Assembly: GCA_029862165.1 (NCBI GenBank)
Contig: JAOTXU010000009.1
Location: 65,497-129,496 of the forward strand
DNA length: 64,000 bases
Direction of reading: 5' to 3'
From: Gammaproteobacteria bacterium
GTDB lineage: Bacteria > Pseudomonadota > Gammaproteobacteria > Steroidobacterales > JABDKV01
Part shown: positions 40,781 through 48,547 of the stretch, piece after piece
Layout of the letters: the number at the start of each line of letters is the position of its first letter
How positions within the stretch are numbered: position 1 is the stretch's first letter
Notes under the pieces: generated by a model
The model's database searches: none
Seen by the model: the letters and a program-made list of their open reading frames with translations, nothing else
What the model was told of the DNA's origin: nothing
Translations under genes and position numbers: made by a program

Positions 40781-42475
40781 TCAGGGGCACGGGGGTAACA
40801 CGCCGATTATCGAGAACGCAGTATTGAAAATGTTATCCGCGTAGCAGTTGCTCGACTCTGTCGAGAGTAACGCCAGATCTGACGCCGCGAAACCGAACGG
40901 GTTTGCGGGATCGACGTTTGTGCCGTTATTGATCACGGTATTCTCAATGACAACATTGCCGGTTGCCGAATGATCGGCCAAAAATTCAAGCGTGATCGAG
41001 GGATCGGCACCACAATCGAATGGCGTGCCCGTCACTGTCACGCAATAATCGGCAATCGCGATACCAACAAAGTCATTGTTCTCAACCAAATTGTTCGTGA
41101 TCATTGACTGGTCCACGCCGAGGTACAACACACCCGTGCCAGACGGTACGAACGACAGGATCGAACCCGGCCGGGCGGTGTTCGGTTTGTTGTTGTCATG
41201 GATATTGTTGTCGCGCAGGTCGATCCGTTTGGCGCCCGGCCGATCGTCGAAGATGTCAGGCAGCAACAGGATCGCAGCGCCGACGGTGTTGTTGAATGAC
41301 ACGTTGTGCGCGAGCAGTATGTCGTCGCTGTTGGAGACCTCGAAGCCGTTAACGTTGCCTGAAGCCACGCTGTGCTGGACTGTTACATTTTCGGAGGTTT
41401 CGACCCAGATGCCGCTGTCGAGATCCGAGCCGGTCGCCTTGCTGTGGCTGATCAGACCGTTCTTCGACAAAGTCGGGAATATGCCGTAGTTACGGTTGTC
41501 TATGGACTCGACGCCGATGATCTTGAAACCATCGACGTTTTCGGTGAATAGGCCGTTGTTGCGAAAGCCCTGGATCGCGATGTCGCGTATTTCGATGCCG
41601 TGCATCATCGGTTCACGCATCTTCAGACCCATCGGCACGCCCTCGTGCACCGGGAATGGTGGCGCCAGATCGGTATGACAACTCATGCAATCGGCGCGAT
41701 CTTCGGGTACGACCACAATGCCATTGCGTTGATTACCGGCATTCTCGAAAACGACGCGTTTGTCCTTTGTTCTTTGACCGATGAGACTGATACCGTTTTT
41801 TGTGATCGTCAGCCCGTTTGTCGGGTTCTGCAACTCACTGTAAGTGCCGGCCAGAATATAGATTCGTGTGCCGGGTCTGGCACGGTCGATCGCAGTCTGG
41901 ATCGAGTCACCGGGACGCACAACGATAGTGGGGCGGCGTAGTTGCCCCGGCGGCACATCGGCATCGTCATCAGGTGGCATAGGTGGAGGAGGCGGCGGTG
42001 GTTCGGTGCCGTCCGGATCGAGCGGGCCGATGCCATCGGGCGGTAGATTGTTCTCGCTAGTGCCGGCTCGTGAGTAGTATGTATTGAAGGCGCCTTCGGT
42101 CCAGCCGGGCTGTGTGCCTAGGCCGATCTCCGTGATGTTGTCGTGGCCACTGCCATCACCATCGGAGTTATCCAGCTCGACACAAAAAAACGCTTCCTCG
42201 TTGGAGACAACGCCGTTCGTGTTCAGATCGCAACCGAGATCCCCCAGCGCGCTACGAATATCCCATCCATAACCGTTCCACGGGCTGCCACCGGTTGCAT
42301 CGACGTGGCAAAGCTGGCAAACGGCATTGGTGCCGGAATCGGATGCATCGTAGCGGTCTTGCCAGGCATTCAGTGTCTGCGGAAAGGCGCCGGCGGCGCC
42401 GGCCGCCAGTAGTGCGCTGGCGCCTGTTGCGGCGACGAGCAACGCGCGCTGTAAACGTGAAATTGGAATAGTCAT
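40781..42475 (-). CDS. Secreted protein: N-terminal CXXCH module + Asp-rich Ca-binding-like loop + poly-Pro linker + right-handed parallel beta-helix carrying a second CXXCH
   Basis: Signal peptide ...GAAGA|FPQ. CQLCH at nt 42305-42319, DNSDGDGSGHDN, PPPPPPPMPP, and CMSCH at nt 41675-41689. The repetitive N/G/I/V-rich beta-helix repeats look NosD/pectate-lyase-like. Confidence 0.7.
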   Translation of the reverse strand: MTIPISRLQRALLVAATGASALLAAGAAGAFPQTLNAWQDRYDASDSGTNAVCQLCHVDATGGSPWNGYGWDIRSALGDLGCDLNTNGVVSNEEAFFCVELDNSDGDGSGHDNITEIGLGTQPGWTEGAFNTYYSRAGTSENNLPPDGIGPLDPDGTEPPPPPPPMPPDDDADVPPGQLRRPTIVVRPGDSIQTAIDRARPGTRIYILAGTYSELQNPTNGLTITKNGISLIGQRTKDKRVVFENAGNQRNGIVVVPEDRADCMSCHTDLAPPFPVHEGVPMGLKMREPMMHGIEIRDIAIQGFRNNGLFTENVDGFKIIGVESIDNRNYGIFPTLSKNGLISHSKATGSDLDSGIWVETSENVTVQHSVASGNVNGFEVSNSDDILLAHNVSFNNTVGAAILLLPDIFDDRPGAKRIDLRDNNIHDNNKPNTARPGSILSFVPSGTGVLYLGVDQSMITNNLVENNDFVGIAIADYCVTVTGTPFDCGADPSITLEFLADHSATGNVVIENTVINNGTNVDPANPFGFAASDLALLSTESSNCYADNIFNTAFSIIGVLPPCP

Positions 42476-42665
42476 CTATCTGTCCCCCCGGATAGTCATT
42501 GTTTCTGCTTGTTCTTGAAAGAGTAGGTGCAGATGGCGAGTTTTGCAAAGTCGAGTTGCTCGACAAAGAAGGTCTTTCCTAAGGTCCTCAAAAACCTGCA
42601 AATGGCAGGTTTAGCCGGAGATCTGTCGCCCCGTGGAAACAACTGAGCCTAAGGGACACCGCTCG

Positions 42666-45371
42666 CTATTCGAGATCCAGGACGCCGTCCAGATCGCGAT
42701 CTATGCCCATGCGCCGGCCCGAATTGTGTGGCGCGCACGTAAAAGTCAGGTGATTACCGGATTGTCTGCCGAGGTCTTTGAGTTGTTGCAGACTTAGCGA
42801 TTCCGCAGGCCGGTCCGTTTGAAAACTGTCGTCGTCAAGCCGCAGCGCACTGCGTTGCTCGAGATCCCACACGCCTTTTACGATCAGATCGCATTCGGGC
42901 AAGAATCCTGTCACCTGCGCGCGCGCAAACAGTAAATCAATACGCGCTTCAACGGTCGCAGGGCTGTCAGCCGAGAGCGTAATCTGTTGCCCGACGATTG
43001 GAGCCAACAAAGTATCGAAGGCAAAAATGAATGCCGCCAGTTGCGCCGGCTGCGCGGTGGTCTCGAACTGAAACTCGCCGGCATTGATCAACGAAAGCAG
43101 TCCGGTGCTGGACGCAGGTTCGCTCAAGCCAAAGCCCCGGATCTGCGGCTGATTCGATCCACCACGAAAAAAGCCGACCTTTTGATAGATATTGCGAAAG
43201 TGTGGAACCTTGAAGTCCTGTTCGTTGAAGCCGAGTACCGCAATAAGATTGCCGGCGTTGCCGAACTGGCCGTTGGTGGGGTCCAGCACATGACAGGTGT
43301 TGCAACCGACTGTGCCACCGGGCGAGGTAAACACACTTCTGTATACACGCCGGCCTTCTAGTTGGTCCGGTGTCAGGAAATTGTCTAGCGGACGATGCGG
43401 GTTCGGTGGATAACTCAGTTGCATCGCAAAATCGGTGAATGCCTGCATGTCGGCATCTTCCAACTGAAACTCACGGCCCATCAGTTTCTGAAAAGCCTGG
43501 TTGAATTCTTTGAAGGCCGCGGCCTCGCGTGGTTCGCCATTGACCGGATTTTCACCGGTGCGGTCGCCACGCCAGTGTAACGGGCCGTGATTGGGCATGC
43601 CGCGCAGACTTTGCGTGCCCTTAGGGCCTTTCATTGGGTGAAAGTTGCGTTGTCGGTCGAGGAAGTTGCCGGTAATGGGTCGTGTGAACGGTACTTCGCT
43701 CAGCGGATTGAACGCCTCCACCTCATCCGGGTTTCCCAGGTCCCAGGCCAGGTGATCGGTATCGCCAAACAGGTGGCAGGACGCACACGACGAATCACCC
43801 GCGCTCGACGTCAGGCTGGCGTCGTAGAGAAACGGTCTGCCGGCAATCAACGACGTCGGTTCGGGGTTGAACATCTGCACATGCGCCGATTCTTGGCCGT
43901 TCGCAAGATCAATTGTCGAAATACCGTTGTCGTAGCGCGTCAGCACGTAAGCTTGTTGCCGCGATTCGTCCAGCACAATTCCAGTAGGTCCGCCGCCGCT
44001 TACCGCAATGTGAATCTGGCCTGCCGGATCGAAGCTATTGTTTTCCAGATCATCGACGGCTATGGCCGCAATTTTGTTTGACCCCATCGCGACGACGTAA
44101 AGCGTCGTGCCGGTGCTGTTAACTGCCATCTCCATGGGTTGTGCGAGACTAAGCTGGCGCTCCGTCTGGGTACCAATTGTCCGGCTGCGATCTATGTGGC
44201 TGTTGAGATGTACCGGTAATACCGTTCCGTCGTTGCGCAATACGCTTATCCGGTTCTCAGCCAGGTGGCCTCGTACCGTTGAAGCGTTATCGCCAAAACC
44301 CTCGAAACGGATGTGATTGCGAGCCTCGGTATTACTGACGAAGACCGTGCCGCTTTGCGGACTCACGGCAATATTGAACAACGTGGTCCCGACGCCGCTC
44401 CACGCTCTCGTTTCGACCGGTGTGGCGGCCACGGCATCGATTTCGAACACGTCGAGATCCGGCAGGTTCAGACTTGCACGATTATCAAAAGGCCGGCCGG
44501 TTTCATCCACCCAGTTGTTGCCATCGAATTTGAGTATCAAAGCCGATAATGGCGCATTTATGCCCTCGACATTGCTGAACGGCGGCGCCTTGGTGAGAGT
44601 GGGAATATCGCGAACGACGGTGGTGCGGTTACCGGAGTTCAGGATGGCAGCATAAACACGTGAGCCGTCCGCGTTGCGTGCCAGCGCCCGGGGTGTGTCA
44701 CCAAACAGGGTCACAATCTGAGTTGGGGTGCCGCCGAGTTGGTTACCGAGGTTATCGCGTTCGAACACCCAGACATCTGCACGGCCTATGTTGGGCGTGT
44801 TTAACTGTGGGTCTACGGGACTGTTCTGACCGCGGTGAGCGGTTGTCACAAAAGCCCGGTCGAAATTGGCTCCGGCGAACACAATATCGCGTGGCTCATC
44901 GCCCACGAGCAGCGTTCGGATCACACGTGGTGGCGACTCGGAAAAACTGACGACGCTGATACTGTCGGACAGATGATTGACGACCCATGCCTGATCGCCG
45001 CTGATCGCAACGGCAATCGGTTCCATTCCGACAGGTATTGATTGGCTGTGCGTTAGCTGATCGCCTGTGATCGAAAAAACTTCCAGTCGATTGTCTGGTG
45101 TATTGACCGCGAACAACCGCGCGCCGTCGTGACTCAGCGCCAGTGGCCGGACCTGACCGGATTCGAAGGCGATAAAGGGATCCAGGTTGGCAGGCGTTGC
45201 GCTCAGCGTAGCCGGGGGTGGCAGACTGGTTCTCGTCAGTACTCCCGTTAGCGGTCCGGGTAAGCCAGCGACGGGGCCCGGGTCAGGCGCGACGCCACCA
45301 CCACCACCACCGCCACCGCCACAGCCGGCAAGGGCCAAGACGAGCAACGGGAACAAATGGAGCTTCTGCAT
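42666..45371 (-). CDS. Secreted lipoprotein: beta-propeller (YVTN/lactonase-like) repeats + C-terminal di-haem cytochrome c peroxidase-like domain
   Basis: Lipobox LALAGC followed by Gly9. The repeats have propeller character. CASCH at nt 43773-43787 and CNTCH at nt 43290-43304. The C-terminus is Asp-rich (DRDLDGVLDLE). Confidence 0.7.
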   Translation of the reverse strand: MQKLHLFPLLVLALAGCGGGGGGGGGVAPDPGPVAGLPGPLTGVLTRTSLPPPATLSATPANLDPFIAFESGQVRPLALSHDGARLFAVNTPDNRLEVFSITGDQLTHSQSIPVGMEPIAVAISGDQAWVVNHLSDSISVVSFSESPPRVIRTLLVGDEPRDIVFAGANFDRAFVTTAHRGQNSPVDPQLNTPNIGRADVWVFERDNLGNQLGGTPTQIVTLFGDTPRALARNADGSRVYAAILNSGNRTTVVRDIPTLTKAPPFSNVEGINAPLSALILKFDGNNWVDETGRPFDNRASLNLPDLDVFEIDAVAATPVETRAWSGVGTTLFNIAVSPQSGTVFVSNTEARNHIRFEGFGDNASTVRGHLAENRISVLRNDGTVLPVHLNSHIDRSRTIGTQTERQLSLAQPMEMAVNSTGTTLYVVAMGSNKIAAIAVDDLENNSFDPAGQIHIAVSGGGPTGIVLDESRQQAYVLTRYDNGISTIDLANGQESAHVQMFNPEPTSLIAGRPFLYDASLTSSAGDSSCASCHLFGDTDHLAWDLGNPDEVEAFNPLSEVPFTRPITGNFLDRQRNFHPMKGPKGTQSLRGMPNHGPLHWRGDRTGENPVNGEPREAAAFKEFNQAFQKLMGREFQLEDADMQAFTDFAMQLSYPPNPHRPLDNFLTPDQLEGRRVYRSVFTSPGGTVGCNTCHVLDPTNGQFGNAGNLIAVLGFNEQDFKVPHFRNIYQKVGFFRGGSNQPQIRGFGLSEPASSTGLLSLINAGEFQFETTAQPAQLAAFIFAFDTLLAPIVGQQITLSADSPATVEARIDLLFARAQVTGFLPECDLIVKGVWDLEQRSALRLDDDSFQTDRPAESLSLQQLKDLGRQSGNHLTFTCAPHNSGRRMGIDRDLDGVLDLE

Positions 45372-45698
45372 GTTCTTCTATCCTGCCCCTCGGACCCGGC
45401 ACTGCAACCACAACACATGATGAACATTAGCGGCAATTTTTTCAATCGGTTCCCTGACAAGCTATGTCGTCGTTTCTCGTGAAAAGTTGCCGCCATTTGC
45501 CATTAGTGCGTGGTGAGTGGCCCAAGTTCCCGGCTCGCGGTGCCTACAGCTCTGACCTCCGCTCAGAGGGCTGACCGCCGGTTACGATTGATGGTAGTCA
45601 GACTGACAGCTTTTATTCTCGAAGCGGCCGTTAAGAGGAAGAATTTTCACTAGCAGGAAACGACCCAAAACAGACATGCACTTATCTAATTTCCCTAG

Positions 45699-45830
45699 TT
45701 TGCATTATGTCAGCAACACAATAAGAACCATGTCATTGGAGTTGCCACCGTTCCAGAACCCGCCACCATTACCCTGTTAGGACTTGGTCTCGCCGGAATT
45801 GGCTTTGCAGGGCGCAGAAAGAACGCCTGA
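45699..45830 (+). pseudogene. Start-less PEP-CTERM sorting-signal fragment
   Basis: A 43-codon open frame after TAG at 45696 has no ATG/GTG/TTG start. It ends ...GVATVPEPATITLLGLGLAGIGFAGRRKNA*, a textbook PEP-CTERM anchor, and is followed by a terminator. Confidence 0.5.
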
Positions 45831-45854
45831 GAAAATACCGACAAGACGCGCTAC

Positions 45855-45881
45855 GCCCCGGCTCAGTCCGGGGTTTTTTTG
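45855..45881 (+). terminator. Rho-independent terminator
   Basis: CCCCGG-CTCAGT-CCGGGG hairpin followed by T7. Confidence 0.6.
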
Positions 45882-45889
45882 TCAAAGGG

Positions 45890-45963
45890 TGGAGCGGGTG
45901 ATGGGAATCGAACCCACGTTATCTGCTTGGGAAGCAGAAGTTCTACCATTGAACTACACCCGC
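45890..45963 (-). tRNA. glyU: tRNA-Gly (anticodon CCC), CCA encoded
   Basis: Reverse complement is GCGGGTGTAGTTCAATGGTAGAACTTCTGCTTCCCAAGCAGATAACGTGGGTTCGATTCCCATCACCCGCTCCA. It folds by hand into a cloverleaf with a 7-bp acceptor stem, anticodon loop TTCCCAA and T-loop TTCGATT. Confidence 0.9.
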
Positions 45964-46203
45964 GCTTTGTAAGTAAGATTGTAGCTGGCATCCTTGCCTT
46001 CGCGCCGCGTATTTTTGACCGCCGGCCCGGCCCTTCATGGCCGGGCGTTCGCCGCTATTCGCGGCTCACCCATTGAACTACACCCGCGCTTTGTAAGTAA
46101 GATTGTAGCCGGCATCCTTGCCTTCGCGCCGCGTATTTTTGACCGCCGGCCCGGCCCTTCATGGCCAGGCGTTCGCCGCTATTCGCGGCTCACCCATTGA
46201 ACT
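45946..46203. repeat. Tandem direct repeat, 124-nt period, 2 full copies + 10-nt third start; each unit begins with tRNA-Gly nt 1-18
   Basis: 45946-46069 versus 46070-46193 differ at 2 positions (45986 T/C and 46043 G/A). 46194-46203 repeats the first 10 nt again. Confidence 0.9.
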
Positions 46204-46279
46204 TAGCCGGATAGTAATACTGATGATACCAATTGGCGGGCAGGAATCGGGGCCATAACCGCCGCCACAAGGCGCGAAT

Positions 46280-47305
46280 CTACCGCTTTATTGACGATAC
46301 GTATTCGCGGAGACTGGCCAGTCGGCCGCCGAGTGTTCGGCGGTTGCAGGCCATGAGGCCGCTTAGTTGACGGCAGTCACTCATCCAGTCGCGTTTGTAT
46401 GCCTCGTCGCCGACGCCGTAGTCAATCTCAGCAACACTTTCTACATCGATAGCGTGTTGGAACATGGTCTTCGATAGCAACGAGCCGATCGACAGGTCGG
46501 CAAATTTCTCGTCGTAGGCCAGCTTGTAGATCACCGCTCTATCGTGATCCTTAATCCAAAATTGGGTTGCCGCAGGTTGACCATCCACCCAGGCCAGACC
46601 TATGCGTGCCATATCGTGTTCATGACAGGTTCTGATCAAGGCTGACATGAATCCGGGAAACGGTTCGTCTTCTTTCCAGCTTGCCGCGTAGACTGTCTCG
46701 AAGTGTCTTATTGCTTCATCGAGTGTCAGACTTGCATCGGGATAAACAACAAGACGTAATTCGTGTTCTCTGGCCGCTTTGCGACTCTTGCGTTCAATGG
46801 TGTTGCGTAGTTGCGAGGCGAGTGCAGCGTAATATTGTTCAAACGATTGATCCGCAACGTCGAGATACCAGTTCTTGTATTGCTGCCATTCGTGAGCCGT
46901 AAAACGGACTGAATCCAGTGCCCGGCTGAGACTTTGCAGATCATCTTCACGCAGGTTTCGCAAATCTATAGTCGTAAGGCGTGGTCGCTCGGCCGCAATG
47001 AACGACAGGATTGAGCGCATGCCCGCATCGGTATCCAAACCACTCATGACAGGCCCGTACTCGGTCGTATAGAAATTGACCAGCCCTTTCAGTTTTTTAC
47101 GATCGTCCAGGCAATACAGTGCACATAGCGAGTCTCCGTGGGCTTGTTCGATATAGACACGGAGCCTTGCCGGTTCGAGCCCGTGTTGTACCAGACAGCG
47201 AAACCATTCGATGCTTTTAAAAAACGGTACGCCGGATCGAATCGAGAGCAGGCGTGCAGTGTCAGCGGGTATCGCGTTCAGATCCGAATAGAGTTCAACC
47301 GCCAT
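46280..47305 (-). CDS. FemAB-like / CelD-like GNAT acyltransferase (Acetyltransf_6-type)
   Basis: ATG at 47305 is separated by 1 nt from the upstream stop. About 341 aa, with the C-terminal pattern W..G.P.A..F.I.....VIYKLAYDE.F...S.G typical of the BioF2-like/FemAB-like GNAT family. Confidence 0.65.
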   Translation of the reverse strand: MAVELYSDLNAIPADTARLLSIRSGVPFFKSIEWFRCLVQHGLEPARLRVYIEQAHGDSLCALYCLDDRKKLKGLVNFYTTEYGPVMSGLDTDAGMRSILSFIAAERPRLTTIDLRNLREDDLQSLSRALDSVRFTAHEWQQYKNWYLDVADQSFEQYYAALASQLRNTIERKSRKAAREHELRLVVYPDASLTLDEAIRHFETVYAASWKEDEPFPGFMSALIRTCHEHDMARIGLAWVDGQPAATQFWIKDHDRAVIYKLAYDEKFADLSIGSLLSKTMFQHAIDVESVAEIDYGVGDEAYKRDWMSDCRQLSGLMACNRRTLGGRLASLREYVSSIKR

Positions 47306-47306
47306 G

Positions 47307-48524
47307 TCAGGCGGCCTGCGGGAACAATTCGCGTAAGGCGCCGGCAAGCCGTTCATAATGCGTTATACCGTTATAAAGCTGTGCCGAGATTCGAATCAGG
47401 CGTTTCGGGTGCGCCGGCCATGGGATCAGGGGGACCTCGATATTCCATCGTTGTAATAATTCCGCCTGTAGCGGGTCGCCATAAAGAGCCGAAGTCGAGG
47501 CCGGGCCGTCGCTGTCAGGCAACGGTAACGATGCCAGTGAGCCCAGCATCTCATCAGGGCAGGGCGCGTCGATTTCCAGCGCCGTACAAAGCAATCTGCG
47601 TCCTGCAATAACCGTCTGGTTGTTGTGTTTGCGAATGGCCGGCCAACCGCCTGGCAAGTATGACTCCAGTGTTTTCAATGCCACTGGCACACTGAGTACT
47701 GCAGTGGGATCCCAGGTGCCGGGCCAGTCAAATTCAACCAGATAGCGCGAGCGGTCGGTGCGCCGGCTATTGGCGCCATGACTAATGACTGGCGGGCGCA
47801 CGTTTTCCTGATGCTCCGGCTTCACGTGCAGAAAACCCGCGCCCTTCGGCGCACAGATCCATTTGTGACAGTTGGCGCTGTAGTAATCGGCGCCCAGCCC
47901 CGTGATATCGACATCAATCATGCCGGGTGCATGAGCGCCATCGACCAGCGTTTGCACACCGCGCTCACGCATCGCGGGAATCAGCGTTTCCAGTGGCATG
48001 ATTAGACCGGTTTGACTGGTGACGTGGTCAAGCAAGGCAATCCGTGTTTGATCGGTGACGCGGGACATGATGACGTCATGTATTTCGCTTAAACCGGTTG
48101 TTGGAAAGGGCACATTCACGGCCAACACTTTCGCTTTATCGCGCTGGGCAACAAATTCCAATACATTACGACATGCGTTGTATTCATGATTGGTAACCAG
48201 CAACTCGTCACCGGGCGAAAATTTCAGAGACTGGACGACAGCATTGACGCCGGTTGTAATGTTGGGCAACCATGCCAAATCCTTTGCTTCGCAATTGACA
48301 AAGGCAGCCAGTTCGGTGCGTGCGTCATCGAGCATCTGCTCCAGATCACGTACGTAGAAAGTAACGGGTTGGCGTTCGAGGCGATCGCGCAGCGATTGCT
48401 GGTATTGCAGTACCTCACGCGGGCAGCTGCCAAAAGAGCCATGGTTGAGAAAAACGACGTCCGGATCGAGCATCCAGTGGTTTGCAAGATTTTCTGTTGC
48501 GGAACTCACGCGCGCATTATCCAC
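47307..48524 (-). CDS. Class V aminotransferase-fold PLP-dependent enzyme (isopenicillin-N-epimerase / cysteine-desulfurase-like)
   Basis: 405 aa. FLNHGSFGSCP N-terminus, and SANCHKW containing the PLP-binding Lys. Confidence 0.8.
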   Translation of the reverse strand: MDNARVSSATENLANHWMLDPDVVFLNHGSFGSCPREVLQYQQSLRDRLERQPVTFYVRDLEQMLDDARTELAAFVNCEAKDLAWLPNITTGVNAVVQSLKFSPGDELLVTNHEYNACRNVLEFVAQRDKAKVLAVNVPFPTTGLSEIHDVIMSRVTDQTRIALLDHVTSQTGLIMPLETLIPAMRERGVQTLVDGAHAPGMIDVDITGLGADYYSANCHKWICAPKGAGFLHVKPEHQENVRPPVISHGANSRRTDRSRYLVEFDWPGTWDPTAVLSVPVALKTLESYLPGGWPAIRKHNNQTVIAGRRLLCTALEIDAPCPDEMLGSLASLPLPDSDGPASTSALYGDPLQAELLQRWNIEVPLIPWPAHPKRLIRISAQLYNGITHYERLAGALRELFPQAA

Positions 48525-48547
48525 TGCCGGCGCGTGTAATGGCAGTG

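Noticed and set aside
45290-45325. (CCA/CCG)n tract encoding Gly9 after the lipobox of the 901-aa lipoprotein, considered as a phase-variation switch
   Set aside because: The repeat unit is a trinucleotide, so slippage would only change the tether length in frame and would not switch expression on or off. I note it as a flexible linker only.
45879-46200. ORFs 45879..46076 and 45994..46200 with identical C-terminal peptides (IELHPRFVSKIVAGILAFAPRIFDRRPGPSWPGVRRYSRLTH)
   Set aside because: The identity is simply the 124-nt tandem duplication read in one frame. The first ORF also runs antisense through the tRNA-Gly gene. Neither is credible coding sequence.
45946-46203. Possible CRISPR array or att-site pair at the tRNA
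   Set aside because: There are only 2.1 directly abutting copies of a 124-nt unit with no unique spacers, so it is not a CRISPR array. No integrase, excisionase or phage genes lie within the flanking regions, so I cannot call an integrated element. It is recorded as a tandem repeat only.
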